63,140 bases of DNA, filler included, from Chiloscyllium plagiosum (GCF_004010195.1; 5 parts of one record of this genome joined end to end with filler, not necessarily neighbours in it); one strand, 5' to 3'; shown: positions 10,545-24,058, counted from the whole stretch's first letter. A program made the numbers and translations. The notes: generated from the letters alone by a model not told the origin.

Positions 10545-12870
10545 CTCAAGGCCTGGTGCCTGTCCCCCACTCCACCTTTACCATGATGCCTGGTTCAGTG
10601 AAGAGTGCAAGAGGCTATGCCAGGAGCAGCATCAGGCATGCCTAAAATTGAGATGTCAAGCTGGTGAAGCTACCAAACAGGAATTCCAAACAGCATACTA
10701 GCAAATGAAAGACAGGGCTAAGTGACTCCAAACTACTTGGTCAGATCTGAGCTCTGCAGTCTTGTCACCACCCAGTCATGAATGAGGATACTTAAACAAC
10801 TCACTGGAGGAGGAAATTCCATAAATATCTCCATTCTTAATGATGGAAGAACCCAACGCATCAGTACAAAAGGCAAGGCTGAAGCATTTGTAATAATATT
10901 CAGCCAAAAGTGCTGAGCAGATATTCTATCTCGGCACCTCCCAGTGGTTCCCCAACATCACAATGCCAGTTTTCAGCCAATTTCATTTACATCATGTGAT
11001 ATCAAGAACTGGCTGAAGGCTGGATACTACGTAGGCTAGGAGCCTGATAACAGTCATAGAGTCATAAAGTCATAGAGATGTTAAAGATGTCTGCTCCAGA
11101 ACTTGCTGTTCCTCTTGCTCTTCCAGTACAGTTACAGTCAGCAGCAACCCAACAATGTGGAAAATTGCCCAGGTATGTCCTGTACACAAAAACACAGGAC
11201 AAATCCAATGCAGCCATTACTGTCCCATCAGTTTACTCTTGATAATCAGTAAAGTGACGGACGGTATTATCAATGGTGCTATCAAACAGCACCTGCACAG
11301 CCATAACCTGCTCAGTGACATCCAGTATGGGTTCCACCAGGGCCACTCAGCTCCTGACCTTATTACAGCCTTGGTTCAAGCAGGGACAAAAGAACTGAAT
11401 TCCAGAGGTGGGGTGAGAGTCACAGCTCCTGACATCAAGGTGGCATTCAACTTAGTGTGGCATCAAGGAGCCCTAGCAAAACTGGAATCAATGGGTAACA
11501 GGGAGCAAACTCTCCATTTGTTTGATTTATACCTGGCACATAAGAAGTTGGTTGTGGTTTTTGGAGATCAGCCATTTCAACTCAAGGAGTCTCTGAAGGA
11601 GTTGCTGAGGATAGTGTCCTCGGCCTAACCATCTTCATCTGCTTCAATGACCTTCCCTTTATCATAAGGTCAAAAGTGGGATGTTCGCCGATGATTGCAC
11701 AATGTTGAGCACCATTCATGACTCCTCAGATGCTGGAGCAGTCAATGTTCAAATGCAGTGAGATCTGGACCATGTCCAGACTTAGTCTGATAAGTGACAG
11801 TAACATTTGAGCTATACAAATGCCAGGCAAGGCCATCTCCAATAAGATACAATCTAGCCATTGCTCCTTGACTTCAATGGCATGATCACTGGTGAATCGC
11901 CCAGTATCAACATCCTGGGGGCTACTATTAATTAGAAACTGAACTGAACTAACCATATAAAGGAATTATGAGAGGCTTAGAGAGTGCAGAAAGCTTTTCC
12001 ATTGCTGTGGAAATGAATGAACAGGGGCATAGATGGAAGGTAAGGGACAGGATGTTAAGAAGGTGTATGAAGAAACTTTTTTTTCACCCAGAGGATGGTG
12101 GCAAGCTGGAATGCAGTGCCAGTAAGGGTGGTAAAGACAAAAACCCTCATCATATTTAAGAGGTTTATTGATGGACACTTGTGATGCCATTGGCTATGTA
12201 CTGGAAAGTGGGATTACAATAGCCAGGTCATTGTTGCTGATTGGCAGAGACTGGTTGGGCTGAAGGCTATTTTCCTGTAATGTAGGTCTCTACAATGCTA
12301 TAAATACTTTGGCTGTGAGAGCAGGTTAGAGGCTAAAAATTCTGTGGAGAGTAACTCCCTTGCTGATTCCAAAAGCCCGTCTACCATCTACAAGGCAGAA
12401 GTCAGAAGTTTGATGGAATACTCTCCACTTGCCTGGATGGGTGCAGCTCCAATAACTGTCAAGAAGCTTGACACTATCGAGGACAATGAAGCCGACAAGC
12501 ATTCACTCTGTCCATCAATGATGCTCAGGAGCAATGTGTAGCATTTACAAGTTGCAGGCAGAAATTCAACAGCACCCTCCAAATCCATGCCTACTACCAT
12601 CTTGATGGAGATCGACAACAGATACATGGGAACACCACCACCTGCAAGTTCCCTTCTGAGCTACTCATTATCCTGACTTGAAAACATATCGCCGTTCCTT
12701 CACCGGGTCAAACCTAATGTCTCAATCTCTAACTGCATTGTGGGTTGACCCTACAGCAAATGGAGGGCAATGGTTCAAGAATGCAGCTCATCACCATCTT
12801 CTCAAGGCTAACCACATTTGGACAATAAACGTTGACCCAGCCAATGAAGCCCACAACCCATGAATGGATG
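10545..12870 (+). mobile_element. LINE family 2 (CR1/L2 group) ORF2 relic and 3' tail
   Basis: RT motifs YCPISLL, QYGFHQGHS, DIKVAFNLVWH and FADD (~11684); tail GGTTCAAGAATGCAGCTCATCACCATCTTCTCAAGG...CAATAAA. Confidence 0.88.
11966..12300 (+). mobile_element. CR1 3' fragment nested in LINE family 2
   Basis: IMRGLE...GHRWKVR...KLFF; host LINE resumes at AAATAC after the insert. Confidence 0.7.
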
Positions 12871-14516
12871 CAAAATGCTGTATGGCTCTATGGGAAAAGC
12901 AGAACTAATTGGATATGTCAAAGAGGTAAGAATAACTAATTTTTCCCCTTCCTATGTTGTCTGTTTCTATAATTACTTTAATGCTGTGGCAAGGCTGGTA
13001 ACCTAAATGGAGAAATATAGCAATGCAATTTGCAAGCAAGAGGAAAGGAAGTGAAGGGTGGAGCTTGGGCAATGTTATTCAAGGTCAGGGACTTCCAGAC
13101 TGTTTTTCTCCTCGAGGAATGGCATTTGATTTGGAATATTTGAAAATGAGAGAGAGGTGGCTGCGGTGGTGGTTATAGTGAGCAGTACCTCAGGAGAGGA
13201 AAGGTTTTGCAATATCTGCTGGTGTTGGAGACAGAAAGGAACACCATTTGATCTGCTTTCTAACTGGTATCATTTTGAGAGGCAAACTCATGGAGAAGCT
13301 AAGTTTTGATGGTGAGGACGAACAGAAGAGAAACTTGAGAAAGGTGAGCATTGAGGGTTGCAGGCAATTTTGAGGGAAAACCAAGGTTCTCTTTGCTATG
13401 ACAGATAATATGAAAACTTACTGGATTGAGAAGAACAGTGAGAAAAAGTTCTCCTCCTCTGATGCTCTTGTCCAGTTCTCTGGGGCCTCCAGGGTACTCC
13501 TTGTAGAATATGGTATGGGTGAAAAGGCCACAGGTTTGCCGTGGAAGTACCTGAGGAAGAAAATAATAGAAAAGATATATTTGACCAGATTTTCCTCAAA
13601 ACCATGTCTTACACAAAGCAGAATAAATTGGAGGAAAGTAGATAATGGATGACAGAATTCAATTTAAAAAGGTCTTTGGAAAGCAGTTGGAAAGGTCAAG
13701 TAATCATTTTGCTTTTTAACAATCTTTACCTACTTCTGGAGCTGCTCAGGAAATAACATTTTCTCATGTTTGGTCTTCTATAGATAAATGCTGAGAGGTT
13801 TTGGTACAATTTCGCTCATTATATGCAAATAAGATTGCACCATTTTTATTGTAACACAAAGAACTGCTGGTGATGTTTTGCTGACACCACCTTCTGACTG
13901 GATGTTAAATCAGATGGGAAAAAGCACTCAAATCAAGTTCCTTTGCATTAACCAATTGGATCAGCTGCAAAAGAACTGAAGAACTGTGGAGGCTGGAAAT
14001 CAGAAACAAAAACAGAAATTGCTGGATAAACTCAGCAGGTCTGGCAGCATCTGTGGACAGAAAACAGAGTCAACATTTCGGGTTCAGTGACCTCTCTTCA
14101 GAGCTATCAGCTGCAATATTTGCACTTTTGATGTAGATTCCAAGTCAACCTAATATGAGAAATTTTCTGCATGAATAACTCTTCAGGCTGAAATTCCAAA
14201 ATGCAACTTTGCAGGGTAATTGTGCTGACTCTGAATTGTGCTGAGATACAGTCCCACAACTACTCACTATCCCATTCGTTTCCACTAACTGAACACTGCT
14301 TTTATACAGTGAGGTGTTATGATCTAGAATGCTCTATTTGGAAGGACGGGGAAAAGGAGATTCAATAACAGTCTTCAAACCTTGAAATAAATATCTTTAA
14401 AAGGTAAAGCTTTTGCAGGATTCCGTGAAAGAAGCATTGAAATGGGATTGCGGAGCTGGCAGCGGTGCCCTGGGCTGAATGGCGTTGGATTTTATGTGGC
14501 AGCAGTGTGAGCTTAC

Positions 14517-14925
14517 AGCGATATGCAGCACAGAAACAGCCCCTTCAGTCCAACTCACCATTTTCCAGCACTTGGCCCATATCCCTCTAAACCTTTCCTG
14601 TTCGTATACCCATCCAGATGCCTTGTTGGAATTGTACCTCCTCCACCACTTCCTCTGGCAGTTCAATCCACATAAGCACTACCCTCAGCATGAAAAAGTT
14701 GCCCTTTGTCCCCTTTTAAATCTTTCCTCTCTCACCTTAAATATATATCTTCTAATTTTGGACTCACCTACACTGGAGCAAAGGCCTGGACTATTCACCA
14801 TATCCACGCCCTCATGATTTTATAAATTTCTATAAGGTCACCCCTCAGCCTCCGACACTCCATGGAAAACAGCTCCAGCCTATTCAGCCTCTCCCTGTAG
14901 CTCAATCCCTCCAACCCTGGCAACA
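14517..14925 (-). mobile_element. HER1/CR1 3' fragment
   Basis: Reverse complement of the 8730-9170 region with internal deletions. Confidence 0.85.
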
Positions 14926-15980
14926 TCCACATAAAGGTTTGGGCTGACTACTCAGTGGGCCCAGAGACTTGGGCAGACCACACCCACTAGATATAACAAC
15001 ATCACATCTGTCAGTAGAGGAGCATGGAATCAAGTCCCACATGTGGATGTGGACAGTGAGAACAGGCAGGCTAGTCAAACATGGTGGCGTTAAAACCAAA
15101 TGATACCCTCTTCACAAATAAAGGTAAGTAAGTGTGGATGCTGGAAATCTGAAACAATCACAGAGAATACTGGAGAAACTCAGCAGCATCTATGGAGAGA
15201 GAAAGAGTTTTGAGTCTGGTAATGACCCTTCTTCAGAACAGAAAGGTTCTTCTGTCAAGGCAGCTGAAACTGTAGATTTTTAATACAAACATTAGAGATC
15301 AGAAATGTAACTCAGTTATTACATGCCTTCTTACAGAAAAGCAATTTGTGTTTAGCACGCTGATTTTTAGGAATCTATTAGGCATGCTAAACAAGGTATA
15401 GTCACGGAAAAGTAATCACGAGCCTTGATGTGTGGCTGATTTTCTCTCTCTTTAACTTAAGGACACCTGCAGGCTATTGTCTTGCTCATTGCTTCAGCAT
15501 AAACTGCAGATCGAACACATGTCGTTAACTGGTCTGTATGTCTGGCTCCCACAGTGCAAAGACTATTTACTAATTGAACTTTTGAGCTAACTAGTTCCCA
15601 CTTTTACAAAAGTCACGTGCAGTTTGAAAGAAAAAATGGTCATGCTCAGAGATTTTGGTACCCAATTATCTAACTGACAGTTGCTTAAATAGGAATTAAC
15701 TGTTAAACTCTTCATTCTAAGCAGAAAGATATTTCTTAGTGACAGAAGCACTGTATATATATATATGATATGATATGATTTAAAAGTATTAGAGTTAATA
15801 AAGTAACAAATAGAATGTTACTACGTTTGAATATCTAAAGCTGAATCTCACTCCAAATTATTTTACAATATGCAATCAAACTTTCACAGAAAATGTGGTA
15901 CTTATTTTTGAATGTACAAAATTAACTCCAAGTTGAATCAGCAATACGGAAACAGACTTCTATGAGAAAGATAACGGAGT

Positions 15981-16105
15981 TATAGAGTCATACAGCATGG
16001 AAACAGACCCTTCAGTCCAATCAGTACATGCTGAACGTAGTCCCAAACTAAACTAATCCCAACTGCCTGCTCCTGGCTCACATCCCTCCAAACCTTTCTC
16101 ATTCA
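15981..16105 (-). mobile_element. HER1/CR1 3' tail
   Basis: ATAGAGTCATACAGCATGGAAACAGACCCTTC. Confidence 0.85.
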
Positions 16106-16192
16106 TGGTATAAACTGAGTTGACAATACACTGTGTGTGCACTTCACCGAATTCGTGAAGACCAATTTCACCTCTTGAACCTTTAAATAATA

Positions 16193-16407
16193 GCTGAAAA
16201 TGTGTTGCTGGAAAAGCGCAGGTCAGGCAGCATCCAGGGAACAGGAGAATCGATGTTTCGGGCATAAGCCCTTCTTCAGGAATTCCTGAAGTAGGGCTTA
16301 TGCCCAAAATGTCGATTCTCCTGTTCCCTGGATGCTGCCTGACCTGCTGCGCTTTTCCAGCAACACATTTTCAGCTCTGATCTCCAGCATCTGCAGACTT
16401 CACTTTC
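16193..16407. mobile_element. Hairpin Penelope-like insertion with back-to-back hammerhead motifs, 14-bp TSD
   Basis: ~90-bp inverted arms centred on CAGGAATTCCTG plus a ~30-bp unpaired tail; ACCTTTAAATAATA at 16179-16192 and 16408-16421. Confidence 0.9.
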
Positions 16408-16854
16408 ACCTTTAAATAATACCTAGATCCATTTAAATTGCCACAAACCACTCTGGTGATGATCTGCTTTGTCAAGATGTTTAAAAACCAATGAAGTTGC
16501 CTTGTTTTCCCCCACTGCTAGAATTTCATCTTCCCAACCATGATCACAAGCCAAGTTGGAATACAGAGGTCAACTATTTCAAAAAATGAAATCTACAAAT
16601 ACAAGCGTTGCCAAAAGGGATATTTACTTTATTCTCCTTTTACACACTGAGCACTGGAGTACCACATTTATGTGGTATGTGCTGGTGTGTGCAATAACAT
16701 AAATGGATATCCATGGGCAGCACTAAATTTCACACTCAGGAAAATTTTATCCAGTCAATGGGTGAGTTACATACAATTTGTGGACTGACAGCATTCACCA
16801 ATTTGACACTTACTTTGTGTCATTAGCCCTGACTCATTCCATTTTGATATTATT

Positions 16855-17385
16855 ACAGGATAGAAGGGGGTTATTTGTCCCATTCAGTCTGCGCTGGCCT
16901 TTCGAGCCAGCAATTTACCTTACATTACTCACTTATCTTTTCCCTGTAACCCCATAAATTTCTCTCTTTAGATAATGATTCAACTTCCTTACAAATGCAT
17001 CCAATCACCCAGCCATTCAAAACCCAAGCAGTTCATTGCAGATCTGGACCTCTTGCTGAGTTTAAAAGTTTTTGCTCATCTTTTCATTGTTTCTTTCACT
17101 AGTTACGTTAACTCTGTCCCCTCTCTTTTGAATCCTTCAATCCTTTCAATAGGAAACATTTTCTCTCTGTCTGCTCTGTCTTGTCCCCTTATGGCTTTGA
17201 ATACATGTATAATATTTCTTCTCAACCTTTTCTTGTCCAATGAGAACAATCCCAGCTTCTCCAATCTACCTAAGTAGCTTACGCTCTTCATGTCCAAAGC
17301 CCTTCTCATAATCTTCTTGCTAATTTCTTCACATTCTTCCTAAATTGTAGTGACCAAGACTGGGGACAATACTCAAGGTGCCAAC
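16855..17385 (-). mobile_element. Old CR1 3' end
   Basis: RLEKLGLFSLDKKRLRRNIIHVFK in ORF 17103..17309. Confidence 0.8.
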
Positions 17386-17559
17386 CTTAGACATACTCTT
17401 CTTTATTGATCCCTGAGTTAAATACACTGATGATGCTTTCATTTTAGCACTGTGCACAATGTCCAACTGACTCTAGGACTGTTACAGAAATCTTCTTTTT
17501 CATGAGCTTGGATAAAAACATTGAAATATGGAAGCCAAGTTTAAACCAAACTGAATTCT

Positions 17560-19337
17560 GCAAAGAGGTGGAGGAGTGGCATTGCTAATCAGGGATAGTA
17601 TCACAGCTACAGAAAGGGAAGTCATCAAGGAGGGTTTGTCTACAGAGTCAGTATGGGTGGAAGTCAGAAACAGGAAAGTCACTTTCTTGGGAAGTTTCTG
17701 CAGACCACCCAATATCAACAGAGACATGGAGGAGCAGATTGGGAGGCAGATTTTGGAAAGATGCAGAAGTAACAGGGTTGTTACAGTGACTTTATTGATA
17801 TTGATTGGAACCTCCTTAGTTCAAATAGTTTGGATGGAGCAGTTTTTGTCAGGTGTGTCTAGGAAGGGTTCCTGACTCAATATGTAGATAGGTTGATTAG
17901 AGGGGAGGCCATATTGAATTTTGTGCTTGGCAACGAATCAGGCCAGGTGTTAGATCTCTCGGTGAGAGAACATTTCGGTGACAGTGATCACAACTTCCTG
18001 ACCTTTACTATAGTGATGGAGAGGGATGGGTACAGATGGTATGGGCAAGTATCTAATTTGGGGAGAGGGAATTACAATGCTATTAGGCAGGAACTGGGGC
18101 ACTTAAATTGGGAACAGATGTTTTCAAGGAAATGCACAACAGAAATGTGGAGGTTGTTTAGGAGCACTTGCTGATAGTGCTGGATTGGTTTTCCCACTGA
18201 TGCAAGGAAGGGTAAAGGAACCTTGGATAACAAGGGATGTGGAATGTCTCATCAAGAGAAAGAAGGAAGCTTACTTAAGGTTGAGGATGCAAGGATTAGA
18301 GAGGTCTCTAGAGGGTTACAAGGTAGCCAGGAAGGAACTAAAGAGTGGACTTAGGAGACCAAGAAGGGGGGCATGAAAAAGCTTTAGTTTGTAGGATTAA
18401 GGAAAACCCATCGCATTCTACACTTATGTGAGGAACAAGAGGATGGCCAGAGTGATGGTAGGGCCGACCAGGGATAGTGGAGGGAACTTGTGCCTGGAGT
18501 CAGAGGAGTTAGGGGAGGTCCTTAATGAATACTTTGCTTCAGTATTCATGACTGAGAGGACCTTGACATTTCTGAGGACAGCGTGAAACAGAATGATATG
18601 TGTGAACAGGTTGATATTAAGAAGGAAGATCTGTTGACAATTTTGAAAATCATAAGGAGAGATATGTACCCTGGACCAGACAGGATATACCATATAGGTT
18701 AGTACAGGAAGTGAGAGAAGAGATTGCTGCGCCTTTGGCGATGATCTTTGCATCCTCACTGTCCACTGGAAGAGTGCCAGGTGATTGGAGGTTGGCAAAT
18801 GTTATTCCCTTGTTCGAGAAAGGAAATACAGATAATCCTGGGAATTACACACCAGTCAGTCTCACCTCTGTGACGGGTAAAGTATTGGAGAGGATTCTGA
18901 GAGACAGGATTTACGATTACTTGGAAAACCATAGTTTGATTAGAGATAGTCAGCACGGCTTTGTGAGGGGCAGCTCAGGCCTCAAAAACCTTACTGAATT
19001 CTTTGTGGATGTGATAAAACATGCTGATGCTGGTAGAACAGTGGATTGTGGTGTACATGGATTTTAGCAAGACATTTGTTAAGGTTCCCCATGGTAGGGT
19101 CATTCATAAAGTAAGGTGGCATGGGATACAGGGAAATCTGGCTGTCTGGTTACAGAATTGGCTGGCACATAGAAGTCAGTGGGTGGTAGTAGATGGAAAG
19201 TATTCAGTCTGGAGCTCGGTGACCAGTGGTGTTCCACAGGGATTGGTTCTGGGACCTCGGCTCTTTGTGATTTTTATAAATGACTTGGGTGAGGAAGTGG
19301 AAGGGTGGATTAGTAAGTTTGTCATTGATGTGAAGGT
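17560..19337 (+). mobile_element. CR1 LINE ORF2 relic (AP endonuclease to RT)
   Basis: [63 protein letters not shown] across frameshifted ORFs. Confidence 0.93.
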
Positions 19338-19589
19338 TTCAGGATCTGCACTCATTCATTTGACCTTCCCGTCTCATCCTGGGCTGGTTCTGGTCTTCGG
19401 GTTGTCTCACTGAGGTGGGCTCTCTGGGTTTGGTCAGTCCATGGACACGAGATACGAGGAGCTGGAGATGCAGTGCAACTCACTGCCAGTCAAAGGTGCT
19501 CACTGGAGGCACTGTTGAAGAAGGTGCAAAAAGCAGGCAGAGCTGGGGCTCCAAGTTGCCCCGTTATCGCCCTCTTTGTGCCTTTCTCA

Positions 19590-20271
19590 AAGATTCTTTC
19601 AAGTCACAGCCATGAGATAACTTAAGGTTTTATCAATATCTAAAAAGAAGTGACATCTCTGCTCAGACAGTGCATTAAAGATGTAAGGTTAGAGTCTGTC
19701 TGTATCCCAACCTGGAGTCAAACTGATTCTATTTCCAAAGTAGGAATTTATAAAATGTCACATTGATTGGCTGCCTATAGATGGTGTGCTTTTTGAACAA
19801 AACAGAATGTATCTGCAAATGCAAATTCACCCCATAGTTTTATAAATGTGTGCGTGAGAAAGAGAGGTAATATGCAAGTGTGTGGGGTGGGGGTGGGGTG
19901 CGGGGAGAGAGAGAAACAGAGATTGTGTATGTGTTTGTAGGAGAGACAGAGAGTGTGTGTGTGTTCACACACGCATGTGAGAAGGTGTGTGAGTGTATGG
20001 TGTGGTGGGGTCACCTGTAGTGTGACATGAACCCAAGATCCAAGTTGAGGCTGTTCTCATGGGTACCAAACTTGGCTATCAGCCTCTGCTCAGCAACTCT
20101 TCGTTGTTGCATTTCCCGAAGTTTGCCTTGGAGAACATTCACCTGAAGATCCGAGGCCAAATGTCATTGATCACTGAAGTGATCCCCCAATGGGAGGGAA
20201 CATCCCAGCCTGGTGATTGTTGCGCAGTGTTCATTCATCCATTGTCATAACATCTGCATGGTCTCGCCAAC
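19590..20271 (-). mobile_element. Penelope-like element: GIY-YIG C-terminus and 3' UTR
   Basis: Minus strand translates VGETMQ..WMNEH..GDHFS..RRVAEQRLIAKFGTHENSLNLDLGFMSHYR*. Confidence 0.85.
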
Positions 20272-20479
20272 ATGAAGAATATGGCGTAGTGTGTCTGCTT
20301 CTGGGAAGTACTGGATGAGAAATGGTACCCATTAGTCATATCCTGTGTCTGTCTCCCAAGTAAGTCATTACAGTTTCTCGCTGTGGCATGGCGGAACTGG
20401 CAATTAATGAGTTGAGAATCAGAGCCTGTCCTTATGAGGTGTCCTTCATAAGTGTAGCAACATGAAGTTATCTGAAGGC

Positions 20480-21455
20480 TTGCAGAGGAGTGAGGTGCTG
20501 AGGCATGGTATAGAGGAATCATATATTGGCGAAACCATGCAGACGCTATGACAATGGATGAATAGACACTGTGGAACATTCGCCAGACATGGATGCTCCC
20601 TCTCAGTGGGGGACCACTTCAATGGTCAGGGACATTCAGCTTCAAGTGACTGTCCTCCAAAGCGGACTTTGGGATACATAACAACACAGAGTTACCAAAC
20701 AGAGGCTGATAGCCAAGTTCAGTACCCATGAGGATGGCCACATCGGGACCTTGGGCTCATGTCACACAATAGGTGACCCCACTATACACATACATGCACA
20801 CACACTCCACCACACTTGTGCTCGCACTCTATCAAGCACGCACACATGGTCACACATACGCACTCACACCGTCTCTCCCACCCGCGCTCGCACATACACA
20901 CACACGCACACACACACACAAACACACACACAAACACACACACAAACACACACACAAACACACACAAATATATGTGGTGAATTTGCAGATTTGTGTTTGC
21001 AGATACATTCCATTTTGTTCAAAAAATGCACAATTTTTAGGCAGTCAATCTGACATTTTATAAATTGCTGTTTTGGAAATAGAACTAGTCTGAGTGCAGG
21101 TGGGGATACAGACAGATTGTAACCTCACACATTTACTGCATTGTCTGAGCTGAGATGTCGCTTTTTTTAAAGATATTGATAAAACCTTAAGTTATCTCGG
21201 GGCTTTGACTTGAAAGACATTCTGGGATTTACATATTTCAATCGAAACCTAGATCCCCATTCTATGTGATTAAAGACTTAACAGCAAACCTAGGTATGTT
21301 CAATACATCACATCAGTTGTATGATGGTTTGATCTTTTACTATAAAATCTGTGTCCTCTGATTCTGCCTCACTAGTTACCTGACAAAAGAACAGCGCTCA
21401 GAAGCTTGTACTTTCAAATAAGTCTGTTGGACTGTAACTTGGTGTTGTGTGTTTT
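20480..21455 (+). mobile_element. Penelope-like element: GIY-YIG C-terminus, (CA)n-rich UTR, hammerhead relic
   Basis: YIGETMQTL at ~20523; inverted homolog of 19590-20271; terminal motif as at 9610-9745. Confidence 0.85.
20888..20968. repeat. (CA)n / (CACACACACAAA)n microsatellite
   Basis: Directly visible in the sequence. Confidence 0.95.
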
Positions 21456-21938
21456 TGTTTATATTTCCAATGTAATTAGTCCTGATTTATTGCTGATATA
21501 ATTCTAATTGATAACTGATGCAAAATTCCAATGCAGAGATGTACAGCATGGAAACAGACCCTTCAGTCCAACCCGTCCATGTCGACCAGATATCCCAACC
21601 CAATCTAGTCCCACCTGCCAGCACCCAGCCCATATCCCTCTAAACCCTTCCTATTAATATACCCAACCAAATGCCTCTTAAATGTTGCAATTGTACCAGC
21701 CTCCATCACTTCCTCTGGCAGCTCATTCCATACACGCACCACACTCTGCGTGAAAAAGTTGCCCCGTAGGTCTCTTTTATATCTTTCCCCTCTCACCCTA
21801 AACCTATGCCCTCTAGTTCTGGACTCCCTGATCCCAGGGAAAAGACTTTGTCTATTTACCCTATCCATGCCCCTCATAAATAATTTTGTAAACCTCTAGA
21901 AGGTCACCCCTCAGCCTCCGACGCTCCAGGGAAAACAG

Positions 21939-22853
21939 NNNNNNNNNNNNNNNNNNNNNNNNNNNNNNNNNNNNNNNNNNNNNNNNNNNNNNNNNNNNNN
22001 NNNNNNNNNNNNNNNNNNNNNNNNNNNNNNNNNNNNNNNNNNNNNNNNNNNNNNNNNNNNNNNNNNNNNNNNNNNNNNNNNNNNNNNNNNNNNNNNNNNN
22101 NNNNNNNNNNNNNNNNNNNNNNNNNNNNNNNNNNNNNNNNNNNNNNNNNNNNNNNNNNNNNNNNNNNNNNNNNNNNNNNNNNNNNNNNNNNNNNNNNNNN
22201 NNNNNNNNNNNNNNNNNNNNNNNNNNNNNNNNNNNNNNNNNNNNNNNNNNNNNNNNNNNNNNNNNNNNNNNNNNNNNNNNNNNNNNNNNNNNNNNNNNNN
22301 NNNNNNNNNNNNNNNNNNNNNNNNNNNNNNNNNNNNNNNNNNNNNNNNNNNNNNNNNNNNNNNNNNNNNNNNNNNNNNNNNNNNNNNNNNNNNNNNNNNN
22401 NNNNNNNNNNNNNNNNNNNNNNNNNNNNNNNNNNNNNNNNNNNNNNNNNNNNNNNNNNNNNNNNNNNNNNNNNNNNNNNNNNNNNNNNNNNNNNNNNNNN
22501 NNNNNNNNNNNNNNNNNNNNNNNNNNNNNNNNNNNNNNNNNNNNNNNNNNNNNNNNNNNNNNNNNNNNNNNNNNNNNNNNNNNNNNNNNNNNNNNNNNNN
22601 NNNNNNNNNNNNNNNNNNNNNNNNNNNNNNNNNNNNNNNNNNNNNNNNNNNNNNNNNNNNNNNNNNNNNNNNNNNNNNNNNNNNNNNNNNNNNNNNNNNN
22701 NNNNNNNNNNNNNNNNNNNNNNNNNNNNNNNNNNNNNNNNNNNNNNNNNNNNNNNNNNNNNNNNNNNNNNNNNNNNNNNNNNNNNNNNNNNNNNNNNNNN
22801 NNNNNNNNNNNNNNNNNNNNNNNNNNNNNNNNNNNNNNNNNNNNNNNNNNNNN
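21939..22853. other. Assembly gap (915 N)
   Basis: Run of N. Confidence 1.
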
Positions 22854-22970
22854 AGGGATATGGGCTGGGTGCTGGCAGGTGGGTCTAGATTGGGTTGGAA
22901 TATCTGGTCGGCATGGACGGGTTGGACCGAAGGGTCTGCTTCCATGCTGTATGACTCTATGACTCTATGA
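22854..22970 (+). mobile_element. HER1/CR1 3' tail nested in opposite orientation
   Basis: Tail ending (TATGACTC)n interrupts the host RT just after SGVPQESVL. Confidence 0.88.
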
Positions 22971-23914
22971 GCCAGCACCGATTCTTGTGGCACTCCACTG
23001 GTCACAGGCCTCCAGTCTGAAAAACAACCCTCCACCACCACCTTCTGTGTTCTACCTTTGAGCCAGTTCTGTATCCAGATGGCTAGTTCTCCCTGTATTC
23101 CGTGAGATCTAATCTTGCTAATCAGTCTCCCATGGGGAACCTTGTCGAACGCCTTACTGAAGTCCATATAGATCACATCAATCCTCTTTGTTACTTCTTC
23201 AAAACACTCAATCAAGTTTGTGAGACATGATTTCCCACGCACAAAGCCATGTTGACTATCCCTTATTAGTCCTTGCTTTTCCAAATACACATACATCCTG
23301 TCCCTCAGGATTCCCTCCAACAACTTGCCCACCACGGAGGTCAGGCTCACCGGTCTACAGTTCCCTGTCTTGTCTTTACAGCCCTTCTTAAACAGTGGTA
23401 CAACGTTTGCCAACCTCCAGTCTTCTGGCACCTCACCTGTGACTATCGATGATATATATATCTCAGCAAGAGGCCCAGCAATCACTTCTCTGGCTTCCCA
23501 CAGAGTTCTCGGGTACACCTGATCAGGTCCTGGGGATTTATCCACCTTTACCCATTTCAAGACATCCAGCACTTCCTCCTCTGTAATCTGGACATTTTGC
23601 AAGGTGTCACCAACTATTTCCCTACAGTCCATATCTTCCATATCTTTTTCCACAGTAAATACTGATGCAAAATATTCATTTAGCATCTCCCCCATTTTCT
23701 GTGGCTTCACACAAAGGCCGCCTTGCTGATCTTGAGGGGCCTTATTCTCTCCCTAGTTATCCTTTTGTCCTTAATATATTTGTAAATACCCTTTGGATTC
23801 GCCTTAATTCTATTTGTCAAAGCTATCCCATGTCCCCTTTTTGCCCTCCTGATTTCCCTCTTAAGTATACTCCTACTTCCTTTATACTCTTCTAAGGATT
23901 CACTCGATCTATCC

Positions 23915-24014
23915 NNNNNNNNNNNNNNNNNNNNNNNNNNNNNNNNNNNNNNNNNNNNTTAATTAATTAANNNNNNNNNNNNNNNNNNNNNNNNNNNNNN
24001 NNNNNNNNNNNNNN
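23915..24014. other. 100-bp placeholder gap with TTAATTAATTAA linker (same at 35372-35471, 43803-43902, 51055-51154)
   Basis: 44 N + TTAATTAATTAA + 44 N, identical in all four. Confidence 0.99.
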
Positions 24015-24058
24015 CCCTCCTCTAGCTTATCTCTCCACGCTCCAGGCTCTCTGCCTTT

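Larger units (their letters stand above)
21536..23914 (-). mobile_element. Young HER1/CR1 LINE ORF2 and tail, spanning a gap
   Basis: Open RT frame LNEYFASVFT...KSPGPD...PEDWRLANVVPLFKKG...QHGF...YMDFSKAFDKVPH...SGVPQ; C-terminus in ORF 21605..21877. Confidence 0.95.

Noticed and set aside
20751..21063. His/Thr-rich repeat ORFs
   Set aside because: Translations of the (CA)n microsatellite
21911..23710. 599-aa ORF
   Set aside because: The length comes from reading through 915 N; the real part is CR1 RT interrupted by an antisense tail
23959..23970. TTAATTAATTAA palindrome recurring four times
   Set aside because: Always centred in an exact 44N+12+44N block and gives stops in all six frames, so it is a technical linker
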